This document shows, in pieces, positions 9,711 through 18,229 of a DNA stretch of 64,000 bases; the stretch's first letter is position 1; each line of letters begins with the position of its first letter. This DNA comes from Deltaproteobacteria bacterium (GTDB taxonomy: Bacteria; Desulfobacterota; Syntrophobacteria; BM002): the NCBI GenBank assembly GCA_020353155.1, contig CP070689.1, positions 3,105,299 through 3,169,298 of the forward strand, read 5' to 3'. The notes below the pieces were generated by a model. It made no database searches. It saw nothing but the letters and a program-made list of their open reading frames with translations, and had not been told where the DNA came from. Both the position numbers and the translations under genes were made by a program.

Positions 9711-9740
9711 TTAATAAACACATAGGTGAGGTTTTGTCAA
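9711..9740 (-). promoter_or_regulatory. candidate sigma70-type promoter of the rpmH-rnpA-yidD-yidC-jag-mnmE operon
   Basis: The minus strand reads TTGACA (9740-9735), a 17-18 nt spacer, then TATTAA/TTATTA, about 110 nt upstream of the rpmH ATG. Confidence 0.45.
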
Positions 9741-9760
9741 GTGGAAAGGCATATTATGCT

Positions 9761-9902
9761 AGATGTGAGATGTGAGATGTGAGATATGGGATTGCAGATT
9801 TGGGAATAAAGAAATTGCGGGATTAGGGAATTGAGGAATTAGAAAATTAGCAGATAATGCTTCCTTTTTCTTAATCCCTGAATTCCAGAATTCCTTAATT
9901 TC
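9761..9902. repeat. word-array hairpin (GAGATGT x3, then GATTGCA/GATTTGG, then GGAATTG-type words | loop | complementary AATTCC-type words)
   Basis: 9761-9850 contains only 2 C in 90 nt, and 9861-9910 contains only 2 G in 50 nt (hand count). The words drift gradually from one family to the next. Confidence 0.75.
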
Positions 9903-9911
9903 TTTTAATTT

Positions 9912-10808
9912 TTACTTATCTCGGTTTTCTAGGAGGAAATCGACAAAGGCCTGTCCCAGTGGTGATCTGGACCGCTTTTTGTGAGTGACCAGATAGAAAT
10001 GGCGGGTGAAAGAAAGTTCTCTTATAGGGACTTGCAGCAGTTTCCTAAAATCTAACTCGTCGGCAATGGCCCGGCGGGACAGAATCGAGACTCCGACTTC
10101 GGCCTTAATCGCCTGGCGGATAGCATCAGTGCTGCCCATCTCAGCCACAACATTTAACCTCTGGAGGTCGAAATCCGCTTGCTCAAGGATTTGTAACATT
10201 ATCATCCTGGTTCCGGAGCCTTGCTCGCGCATTATAAAAGGAGCGTCAGCAAGTTCATCCAAGCTGATAGACGAACGCTCTGACCACTGATGATTGGGTG
10301 ATATGGCCAATACGAGTTCATCGTCGAATAGTCGGTCAAATTCCAGTTTGTTATTCTTCATTCTGGCCCCTACCACGCCCAATTCCAAAGAGCCTTCCAG
10401 GACCATATTAGTAATATTCATAGTATCGGCAATGACGAGTTTTATCCTGATGTCAGCGAAGCTTTGTTTAAATTTGCCTATAAGTAATGGGAGAATATAC
10501 TGGCCCGGTATAGTACTGCCGCCTAGCTCCAATTCACCTGACATTTTCCCCCGATACATTTCTAGAGTGCGGGTTACCTCTCGTCTGAGATTGAGCATGC
10601 GCTGAGCGTAGTCATAGAGGATCTCACCAGCGCGGGTGGGCACCACTTGCCGTCCGAGACGATCGAAGAGTTGCACGTCTAAAAAAGTCTCGAGATAGCG
10701 AATGTGCTCACTTACAGTGGGTTGGGAGAGCATGCATGCCTTGCCGCCGCGAGAGAAACTCTTCAATTCATAGACTTTGCAAAAGACCTCTAGCCGATGC
10801 AAATCCAT
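9912..10808 (-). CDS. LysR-family transcriptional regulator
   Basis: 298 aa. N-terminal wHTH (FSRGGKACMLSQPTVSEHIRYLE) and a LysR substrate-binding domain. It is divergent from the qrc-like operon. Confidence 0.9.
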   Translation of the reverse strand: MDLHRLEVFCKVYELKSFSRGGKACMLSQPTVSEHIRYLETFLDVQLFDRLGRQVVPTRAGEILYDYAQRMLNLRREVTRTLEMYRGKMSGELELGGSTIPGQYILPLLIGKFKQSFADIRIKLVIADTMNITNMVLEGSLELGVVGARMKNNKLEFDRLFDDELVLAISPNHQWSERSSISLDELADAPFIMREQGSGTRMIMLQILEQADFDLQRLNVVAEMGSTDAIRQAIKAEVGVSILSRRAIADELDFRKLLQVPIRELSFTRHFYLVTHKKRSRSPLGQAFVDFLLENRDK

Positions 10809-10888
10809 CTCCCATCCTTTCGAGGATAAGTCACCGATATAGAAAGCTCACCCGTTAGCCGGGCGCTACAGGATAAAACGGCGTAAAC

Positions 10889-10975
10889 GCATAGGGCATA
10901 GAGCCAGCCTATTTCGGATTTCGGATTTTTATATTCGAAGTTCGAATTTTGGACTCCATGCTCCATGCCCTCTGC
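10889..10975. repeat. word-array hairpin (GCATAGGGCATAGAG | TTTCGGATTTCGGA | loop | TTCGAAGTTCGAAT | CTCCATGCTCCATGCCCTCTGC)
   Basis: Hand alignment of 10912-10925 against the reverse complement of 10934-10947 gives 10 Watson-Crick pairs, 3 G.U and 1 mismatch. The outer arms are complementary 8-mer arrays. It lies in a divergent promoter region. Confidence 0.7.
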
Positions 10976-11266
10976 CCATCAACAGAGAGATCAATATCAG
11001 AATAAGAAAACTCTTGCCCCTGTGTCAAGGCAGGTAAGATTTAAGGTCTGTAGACCACGAATAACCTGTCTTTTGCAAACCTTTTCGCTTGACAAGGGCT
11101 AAGGAAATCGGTAGAAAAGTACAGATTTATCTTGTGAAAAAAAGCTTAATATGGCGTGATCCTGGCTCCATTCCCCGGTGCGAGTTGCAGCCCGGGAAGC
11201 GCGATCTCGCTAGAGTGTCTCACCTTTCATTCCTTAAACCTACACTCCAAAATACCGAGGCGTTCC

Positions 11267-11833
11267 ATGACCGGAGAAAACAAGCAACAGAATTCGGGTC
11301 TCCTAGGTTGGGCTCTATTTGTCGTTGGCTTCGCTGGTGCCTTGTTCGTTGGTTGGATAGTTTTCCCACAACTTCTCTATTCCACCAAGTACCAGCCGAT
11401 CAACTACAATCACGCCATTCACCAAGAAGAGGCAGGTATGAGCTGTGAGGATTGCCACTTCTTCCGTGAGGACGGAACTTATGCTGGCAAACCCAAGCTG
11501 GCTGCTTGCGCAGAGTGCCACTCAGAACCTCAAGGTGAAACCGAAGACGAGGCGAAGCTGGTTTCAGAGTATGTGGAGCCTGAAAAAGAGATTCCCTGGA
11601 TTTCCTATTCCAGGCAACCAGACAACGTCTTTTTCTCACATGCGGCTCATGTGAAGATGGCTGAGATGGATTGCACAGACTGCCATCGGGATGTTGAGGG
11701 GCAGACTAAGGCTCCTCCGGTCAAAATAAACCGTCTCACCGGGTACCCTAATGAAGTTATGAAGATGTACGTGTGTGAAGACTGTCATGCCCAGGAAAAT
11801 GTTTCTAACGCCTGTGACGTTTGTCATAAATAG
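11267..11833 (+). CDS. qrcA: membrane-anchored pentahaem cytochrome c (QrcA-like)
   Basis: Five CxxCH motifs (CEDCH, CAECH, CTDCH, CEDCH, CDVCH) after an N-terminal anchor LLGWALFVVGFAGALFVGWIVF. ATG at 11267 is preferred over the 5'-extended ORF that starts at 11156. Confidence 0.7.
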   Translation: MTGENKQQNSGLLGWALFVVGFAGALFVGWIVFPQLLYSTKYQPINYNHAIHQEEAGMSCEDCHFFREDGTYAGKPKLAACAECHSEPQGETEDEAKLVSEYVEPEKEIPWISYSRQPDNVFFSHAAHVKMAEMDCTDCHRDVEGQTKAPPVKINRLTGYPNEVMKMYVCEDCHAQENVSNACDVCHK

Positions 11834-11868
11834 CAGATTGGGAAATTTACAGTGAGGGGAAGGATCTC

Positions 11869-14241
11869 ATGAAATTAGACAGAAGAGCCTTCGTTAAACT
11901 GATAGCAGGAGGGGTGGGCGGCACACTTTTGTCGCCTCTGCCGTGGAAAATGGCAGATGATACAGCTATCTGGAGCCAGAACTGGTTCTGGCGACCTTCG
12001 CCGGAAAGAGGTGGCGCCACAACGGTGAATACGGTTTGTCAGCTTTGCCCAGGTGGTTGTGGTATCAGGGTTAGACTCATTGAAGACAAAAATGCGGTAA
12101 GGATTGATGGCAATCCCAGCCATCCGGTAAATCAAGGGGGTATTTGCCCTCTTGGCGCTTCCGGACTTCAGTATCTCTATGGTCCCAGCCGTATCGAGAC
12201 GCCCCTCAAGCAAACGGGCCAACGGGGGGATGTCACGACCCTGAAACCTATAAGCTGGGATGAGGCCCTGGAGATTCTAGCCACCAAATTGCGGGGCATG
12301 CGGCAAAAAGCCAGAGGCCTCGTCTGCGTAAGCGGCAAGCGGCAAGGTACTGTTTCTGAGCTTTTTGCTCGCTTCCTCCGTGCCTATGGCTCGCCAAACT
12401 ACATGTTAATGCCGGCGGCGGCTGACGCAGAATCGCTTGGTATGCTCTTCAGTCAGGGGCAAAGCAGACTTCCGGGCTATGACCTGGAAAATGCCAAGAT
12501 GATTGTCAGCTTTGGCAGTAGCTACATTGAAGGCTGGGGCACCCCGGCCCGCATGCTATTAGCTTTTGGTAACTGGCGCAAAAATGCCGAGAGCGACCAG
12601 GTCAAAATAGTTCAGGTGGAGACCAGAGGATCGCTTAGTGGTTCGAAGGCAGATGATTGGGTGGCAGTGGCACCGGGGACAGAGGCGGCATTTGCCCTGG
12701 GTCTCGCCCAGGTAATCATAAGCGAGGGTCGCTACGACCGTGCCTTTGTCAATCAATATAGTCACGGATTCGACGAGTTTAGAAGACTGTTGCAAAGGAA
12801 CTATACTCCGGAGAAGGTGACTGCCATCACTGAAGTTCCGAAAGAAAAAATAACAGCGCTCGCCAGAGAGTTCGCCCAGGCTAAGCCAGCTGTAGCCCTA
12901 AGTGGCTGGGGCCAAGGTAGAATGCAAGGAAGCATCTACGATTTCCTTGCTGTTCAGAGCCTCAATGCACTGGTGGGAAGCCTGCACAAACCTGGTGGAG
13001 TAACGAGAACACCTTCGGTACCTTTGGCTCCATGGCCTGAAGTCGTCCTGGATGCAATGAGTCTAGAAGGGGAGAAGGAACCCAGGTTGGACGGAGCTAG
13101 TGAGTTCCAGCCACCTTTGCCAGCAAACCTTTTCTATAACTTTGTGAAGAACGTTAACGAGGGGAAGCCATATCGGGCACAGATGCTCTGGGTCTACGAG
13201 GCCAATCCGGCCCACGACTTGGCTGATGTCAAACCCTTCATCGAGGCTTTGAGCAAAATAGAGACAGTTGTCTCCTTCTCTTCTTTTATGGATGAGACTA
13301 CCCAGCTTGCCGATCTGGTGCTTCCAGGCCCCACTTACCTGGAAAGGTTGGAGGACGTTGCTACCCCTCCAGGATTGCAATACGCTGTATTCGGCCTGAG
13401 CAAACCGGTTTTGATGCCGCGATTTGCAGCCATCCATCCCGGCGATATACTAATTCAGCTGGCAAAATCGCTGGGCGGTGGCGTTGCCTCCAGTTTCCCC
13501 TGGTCCGACTATGAAACGGCTTTGAAAGAAAGGGTGCAGGGACTGGCGGAAAGGGGCAGCGGTAGAGTGGCAGACGAGCCTGGGGTTGAGCCGTGGAAAG
13601 GTGGGCAAGGAAACACTTTAGCTTCCAACTATGATTCTTTTGACGACCTTTGGGAGAAATTGGGCGAACATGGTTGCTGGTTTGACACCTCCGCAGCCAT
13701 GCCTTCCTGGGATTCGGCTTTCAAGACCCCTTCTGGCAAGTTTGAGTTCTACAGCCAGAAAATGCGTCAAATTGGCATAAGGGGTAACGATCTCACCTAT
13801 TTGCCCCATTTCGAGCAGGTGGAACCAGCCGGCGATCCGAATGAATATCCACTGCTTCTCATGCCCTATGAAACCTTGATCATAACCAACGGCCCGCTGG
13901 CCAACTCTCCCTTCATGACCAAGATGCTTTTTGATTTCGAACTAAAAGGTGATGATTGCTTTGTTGAGATCAATGGCAAGACCGCTGCCGACTTGGGCCT
14001 CAAGGAGGGCGATAGGGTTGCACTTCAGACCGAACGGGGTTCGCTCGAGGCTCGTGTTCACTTGACTGGAGCTGCCCGGCCTGATGTGGTCTTTATTCCC
14101 ACCGGTTTGGGACACAGTGGTTTCGATTCTTATATCAGGGGCAAGGGGGTCAACGCCAACGCAATCTTGGTGGCCCAGCAGGAGAAGGTCACCGGCCTTG
14201 CCACCTGGTGGGGAACTCGGGTGAAAATCTACAAAGTATGA
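11869..14241 (+). CDS. qrcB: molybdopterin-oxidoreductase-family large subunit (QrcB-like), Tat-exported
   Basis: 790 aa. Twin-arginine signal MKLDRRAFVKL, N-terminal Cys cluster CQLCPGGCGIRV, and CISM-family length and layout. Confidence 0.7.
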   Translation: MKLDRRAFVKLIAGGVGGTLLSPLPWKMADDTAIWSQNWFWRPSPERGGATTVNTVCQLCPGGCGIRVRLIEDKNAVRIDGNPSHPVNQGGICPLGASGLQYLYGPSRIETPLKQTGQRGDVTTLKPISWDEALEILATKLRGMRQKARGLVCVSGKRQGTVSELFARFLRAYGSPNYMLMPAAADAESLGMLFSQGQSRLPGYDLENAKMIVSFGSSYIEGWGTPARMLLAFGNWRKNAESDQVKIVQVETRGSLSGSKADDWVAVAPGTEAAFALGLAQVIISEGRYDRAFVNQYSHGFDEFRRLLQRNYTPEKVTAITEVPKEKITALAREFAQAKPAVALSGWGQGRMQGSIYDFLAVQSLNALVGSLHKPGGVTRTPSVPLAPWPEVVLDAMSLEGEKEPRLDGASEFQPPLPANLFYNFVKNVNEGKPYRAQMLWVYEANPAHDLADVKPFIEALSKIETVVSFSSFMDETTQLADLVLPGPTYLERLEDVATPPGLQYAVFGLSKPVLMPRFAAIHPGDILIQLAKSLGGGVASSFPWSDYETALKERVQGLAERGSGRVADEPGVEPWKGGQGNTLASNYDSFDDLWEKLGEHGCWFDTSAAMPSWDSAFKTPSGKFEFYSQKMRQIGIRGNDLTYLPHFEQVEPAGDPNEYPLLLMPYETLIITNGPLANSPFMTKMLFDFELKGDDCFVEINGKTAADLGLKEGDRVALQTERGSLEARVHLTGAARPDVVFIPTGLGHSGFDSYIRGKGVNANAILVAQQEKVTGLATWWGTRVKIYKV

Positions 14242-14249
14242 GGTAGGAA

Positions 14250-14999
14250 ATGAGTGGGAACAAGTCAGGGAAACTTAGCTACGGCATGGTAATCGATGTG
14301 GACAAGTGCACCGGGTGCATGACTTGTGCAGTGGCCTGCCAGCAGGAAAACAATGTTCCATTCAGAGAGGATGAGACCAACAAGGTGCGCTCTATTACCT
14401 GGCTGGAGGTCTTTTATCTCGACAATGGGAAATCTTATCCGGACCATCGCAAGGCCTACTTGCCCAGACCGTGTCTCCAATGCGACGCGGACCCCTACCC
14501 ACCGTGCACCTTTGTCTGCCCGGTAAATGCCACCCAGCGCGATGAAGAGACCGGCTTGGTAAGCCACATTCCCGTACGCTGCATTGGCTGCAGATACTGT
14601 ATCTCTGCCTGCTCTTACCATGCCCGCTACTTCAATTGGTGGGATCCAAAGTGGCCCAAACCCATGGAAGAGATGCTTACTCCAGAGGTCTCCACCAGGA
14701 TGCGGGGGGTGGTGGAGAAGTGCACCTTCTGCGTCCACCGGTTGCAGCTGGCTAAAGACAAGGCCTTCGCGGAGGGTCGGCGGGAGCTGGACGACGGAGA
14801 ATACGTGCCAGCATGTGTTGAGGCCTGCCCGGCCAAGGCCATGGTTTTTGGCAATTTATCTGATTCCCATAGCGAGGTGGCCAAGCTGGCCAAGAGCCCA
14901 AAGGCCTTTCGCCTTTTAGAAAGGCTCGGAACCAAACCAAAGGTAATCTACCTGAGCGGCCAGGAATGGATTCACAAGCTGGCTGATAATGTGATTTAG
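14250..14999 (+). CDS. qrcC: four-cluster 4Fe-4S ferredoxin subunit (QrcC-like)
   Basis: 249 aa with repeated ferredoxin Cys motifs (CTGCMTCAVAC, CIGCRYCISAC, CTFCVHR, CVEACP). Confidence 0.75.
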   Translation: MSGNKSGKLSYGMVIDVDKCTGCMTCAVACQQENNVPFREDETNKVRSITWLEVFYLDNGKSYPDHRKAYLPRPCLQCDADPYPPCTFVCPVNATQRDEETGLVSHIPVRCIGCRYCISACSYHARYFNWWDPKWPKPMEEMLTPEVSTRMRGVVEKCTFCVHRLQLAKDKAFAEGRRELDDGEYVPACVEACPAKAMVFGNLSDSHSEVAKLAKSPKAFRLLERLGTKPKVIYLSGQEWIHKLADNVI

Positions 15000-15036
15000 G
15001 CTAGATTAGAACCACCATGGACAAGAGAGGAAAACC

Positions 15037-16269
15037 ATGGATTCAGCACTCATTCCCGAAGGGGTAAGACGTTGTTCTTTTAAAGCTTTTTGCCTTTGGC
15101 TGCTGGTGATATTCGCCGTAATCGGCTGGGGCGTATTGGGCGGTTTCCTGGTGCTGTGGAAGGGACTGAACGTTACCGGCCTGAACGATTATTTTGGCTT
15201 CGGCCTGTATATTACTGCAGACCTGGCAGTTATTGCTTTAGGGGCGGGAGCTTTTTTTACCGGCTTTCTTACTTATGTGATCGGTAAAAAGGAACTCAAA
15301 GATATTATCAACCTGGCCGTGGTCGTTGGGTTTATCTGCTATACTGGTGCTCAGCTGGTGTTACTCCTGGAAATTGGTCAGCCCATCCGCGGCTGGTTTT
15401 CCTTCTGGCACCCCAATGTTCACTCAATGCTCACAGAAGTGATCTTCTGCATCACCTGCTACACCATAGTGCTTACCATAGAGTTCCTACCTTTGATTCT
15501 TGAAAATCGACAATTGGACAAGGTGCCGGAATTCCACTTTTTCAGCCACAATCTCCACGAGATCATGGTGGTTTTTGCTGCAACGGGTACCTTTTTGAGC
15601 TTTTTTCACCAAGGCTCCCTGGGTGGTCTCTATGGTGTGATGTTTGCCCGGCCATTCGCCTTCCGTGAGGGATTTTTCATCTGGCCCTGGACCTTTTTCC
15701 TCTTTGTGGCATCGGCCATTGCTTCGGGCCCGGCCCTCACCATCCTGGTAACCATGATGGTACAGGGTATTACGCGGAAAAAACTAGTCCGTCGTGAGGC
15801 CATCTCTCTTCTGGCCAAGGTGACCGGCTACTTGCTTGCTTTTTATATGTTGGTCAAAATTCTCGACACTTGGTGGTGGGCGACTCACACGGCACCCAAT
15901 ATGGGAGTGAGTTTCAGCGAGTTCTTCCAGGCACCCTATGGATTATGGCTCCTTTTTGCCGAGATAGTAGTTTGCGGAATTATACCAGCCATCATCTTTC
16001 TCACGCCGAAAGCAAGGGCGGATGATGTCTTGCTCATTGTCGCCTGTGTACTGGACTGCGCCGGCATAGTCATAAATCGCTTCGTTTTTACCGTGCAGAA
16101 CTTAGCACTGCCGGTAATGCCCTTTGACCGTTTGGAAATTTATGTTCCCACCTGGCAGGAATGGGCACCTACTCTTGCCTTAATTGCCTATGGTGCCTTG
16201 ATAGTTTCACTTTCCTATCGATACCTGCCTGTGTTTCCAAGGGAGCGAGAGCTGAATCCTATTGATTGA
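15037..16269 (+). CDS. qrcD: NrfD/PsrC-family integral membrane quinone-interacting subunit (QrcD-like)
   Basis: 410 aa, highly hydrophobic with about 10 predicted TM segments. It is the last gene of the cytochrome/Mo-like/FeS/NrfD module. Confidence 0.75.
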   Translation: MDSALIPEGVRRCSFKAFCLWLLVIFAVIGWGVLGGFLVLWKGLNVTGLNDYFGFGLYITADLAVIALGAGAFFTGFLTYVIGKKELKDIINLAVVVGFICYTGAQLVLLLEIGQPIRGWFSFWHPNVHSMLTEVIFCITCYTIVLTIEFLPLILENRQLDKVPEFHFFSHNLHEIMVVFAATGTFLSFFHQGSLGGLYGVMFARPFAFREGFFIWPWTFFLFVASAIASGPALTILVTMMVQGITRKKLVRREAISLLAKVTGYLLAFYMLVKILDTWWWATHTAPNMGVSFSEFFQAPYGLWLLFAEIVVCGIIPAIIFLTPKARADDVLLIVACVLDCAGIVINRFVFTVQNLALPVMPFDRLEIYVPTWQEWAPTLALIAYGALIVSLSYRYLPVFPRERELNPID

Positions 16270-16297
16270 TCTTCTCTGAATAGAGATAGCGAAAAAG

Positions 16298-16327
16298 AAA
16301 AGCCCCGGATTTTCCGGGGCTTTTTTT
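16298..16327 (+). terminator. intrinsic terminator of the qrc-like operon
   Basis: GCCCCGG-ATTTT-CCGGGGC stem-loop (16302-16320) followed by T7 (16321-16327). Confidence 0.85.
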
Positions 16328-16344
16328 ATCCGCAAAGATTTTCA

Positions 16345-16593
16345 AGATGTGAGATATGAGATGTGCGATTTGAGATTGCGGATTTAGGATTGCAGATTGA
16401 TTGCCACATGGCACACAGCGCAGAGCGCATGATACATGACGGGAGGTCGGGCGAGACGAGCGAGACGGGATTAGTAGACGGCGGACATAAGTTACATAAT
16501 TTTGGATTTAGAATTGCGGAATCGGCTTTTTACTCTATGCCCTATGCTCTATGCCCCATGCGAAATCCCACATCCCACATCCCATATCATATC
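16345..16593. repeat. large nested word-array hairpin (GAGATGT | GATTGCGGATTT | CATGGCAC/GCGCAGAG ... centre ... GGATTTAGAATTGCGG | CTCTATGCCCTATGC | CCCACATCCCACATC)
   Basis: Outer left arm 16345-16375 is complementary to 16565-16593. Segment 16407-16431 is partly complementary to 16534-16560. The right end abuts the nadB stop codon. Confidence 0.75.
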
Positions 16594-18229
16594 AGGTCCA
16601 TTGATCCAGGCGGATTATGGTGTCCCGTTGCCAGCGCTCGTCGTCCTTCTGGGGGTGGTCGACGTTAAAATGAAGGCCCCGGCTTTCGCGACGCTTGAGA
16701 GCACAGGTCACGATCAACTCCGCAACGGTGGCCAGATTTCTCAGTTCGATGAGATCACTGTTTAGGCTGATATTGGGGTAGTGTTCGTTGATTTCTCGCT
16801 GCACCTGGGCCAGGTGATTTTGTGCCAGGTTTAACCGGCTGTCTTTACGGACGATGCCCACGTAGTTCCACATAAGGCGACGAATTATGTCCCAGTTGTA
16901 GGCTATGAGCACCATTTCGCTATCGTTGGCATTAAGTGGCATCTCCAAAGGAGGAACTTCTGGGAGAGAGATCTTTTTTCTCGGGGACAGGGGTTCGCTG
17001 TTAATCTGTTCAGCTGCTTTATGGGAAAAAACCAGGGCTTCAAGGAGGGAATTGCTGGCCAGCCGGTTGGCACCGTGAAGCCCGGTACAGGCAGATTCAC
17101 CCAAAGTATAAAGATGCTGGATGCTCGTGCGTCCATGCTTGTCAGTGCGCACTCCACCGCATATGTAGTGGGCTGCTGGCACCACAGGTATGGGCTCTTT
17201 GGTAAGGTCGATGCCAAGGGAAAAACATTTGTCATAAATACCGGGAAAACGCTGTCGCAGGAAATCAGCGTCCCGATGACTGATGTCAAGATAAACACAA
17301 TCGTCCCCACTCTGTTTGATCTCAGTGTCAATCGCGCGAGCCACTATATCTCGGCAAGCCAGATCCTTTAGGGGGTGGTATTTGGACATGAAGGCCTGTC
17401 CACGTTTGTCTATCAGCCGCCCCCCTTCTCCCCTTACCGCCTCTGAGATGAGGAAGTTTTTTGCGTGGGGGTGATAAAGACAGGTAGGGTGAAACTGGAC
17501 AAATTCCATATTTGCAACTTCTGCTCCTGCTCGGTAGGCCATGGCCACACCGTCACCGGTGGCCACATCAGGGTTGCTGGTGTAAACGTATACCTTGCCG
17601 GCACCGCCTGTGCACAATAGGGTATCCTTGGCCAGGAAGGTCAGGATACGATTTCCCTCGATATCCAGAACGTAAGCACCCCAGCACCTTTCCTGCCGCT
17701 GGGTGGTCAGCAACCCCCTTTTGAGCAGCTGACATTCGACGATCAAGTCGATGGCAATGTGATTTTCAAAAATAGAAATGTTGGGGTGCTGCTCGGCCAT
17801 GGAGACCAAGACTCGTTCCACTTCTCTGCCAGTCATATCCTGGGCGTGGACTATCCTGCTGCGAGAGTGACCCCCCTCGCGAGCTAAATCGAAGGGCACG
17901 GATTCCTGCTGTCCTCGCTGGAAGCGCACACCCATTTCGGCCAACTCCCTAATGCGGTCAGGGCCACCTTTAATCACCATGGCCACCACATCGGGATGAC
18001 AGAGCCCATCACCAGAGCTCAAGGTATCCTGAATGTGTAGATCGAAAGAATCCTCGGGGCCAAGCACCGAGGCAATCCCACCTTGGGCATAATTGGTGCT
18101 GGTTTCTACACTTTCCTTCTTGGTCACCACTGCGACCTTGCGGGTTGATGCTACCTTAAGGGCGAAAGTGAGACCAGCGATCCCGCTCCCAACCACCAGG
18201 GTATCGAATTCCATTATGTCAGTTGTCAT
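16592..18229 (-). CDS. nadB: L-aspartate oxidase
   Basis: 545 aa. FAD-binding DTLVVGSGIAGL, and succinate-dehydrogenase/fumarate-reductase flavoprotein-like motifs (GGIASV, HPTCL, GEGG). Confidence 0.9.
   Translation of the reverse strand: MTTDIMEFDTLVVGSGIAGLTFALKVASTRKVAVVTKKESVETSTNYAQGGIASVLGPEDSFDLHIQDTLSSGDGLCHPDVVAMVIKGGPDRIRELAEMGVRFQRGQQESVPFDLAREGGHSRSRIVHAQDMTGREVERVLVSMAEQHPNISIFENHIAIDLIVECQLLKRGLLTTQRQERCWGAYVLDIEGNRILTFLAKDTLLCTGGAGKVYVYTSNPDVATGDGVAMAYRAGAEVANMEFVQFHPTCLYHPHAKNFLISEAVRGEGGRLIDKRGQAFMSKYHPLKDLACRDIVARAIDTEIKQSGDDCVYLDISHRDADFLRQRFPGIYDKCFSLGIDLTKEPIPVVPAAHYICGGVRTDKHGRTSIQHLYTLGESACTGLHGANRLASNSLLEALVFSHKAAEQINSEPLSPRKKISLPEVPPLEMPLNANDSEMVLIAYNWDIIRRLMWNYVGIVRKDSRLNLAQNHLAQVQREINEHYPNISLNSDLIELRNLATVAELIVTCALKRRESRGLHFNVDHPQKDDERWQRDTIIRLDQWT

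Noticed and set aside
9761-9902. Word arrays as CRISPR arrays
   Set aside because: The repeat period is only 7-9 nt. There are no unique spacers of 25-40 nt, the units are degenerate rather than identical, the arrays come as inverted pairs, and no cas genes are present in the window.
9598-9911. Replication origin next to the rpmH-rnpA cluster
   Set aside because: There is no dnaA or dnaN nearby. I found no cluster of TTATCCACA-like boxes, only isolated 7-8/9 matches such as TTATCCGCA at 16326. The spacer is explained by a promoter plus a word array.
11089-11266. 5' extension of the QrcA-like ORF (start at 11156) and the overlapping ORF 11089-11448
   Set aside because: The extension encodes no signal or anchor. 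The ATG at 11267 is immediately followed by the membrane anchor and all the haem motifs. The other ORF is out of frame with the haem motifs.
16363-16765. ORFs predicted inside repeat-filled spacers (16363-16668, 16502-16765, 2108-2302, 2245-2508, 2324-2587, 9204-9583, 20442-20660, 20624-21004)
   Set aside because: These are open frames created by stop-poor word arrays, by the SRP RNA, or by the antisense strand of real genes. They have no RBS, and their translations simply mirror the repeats.
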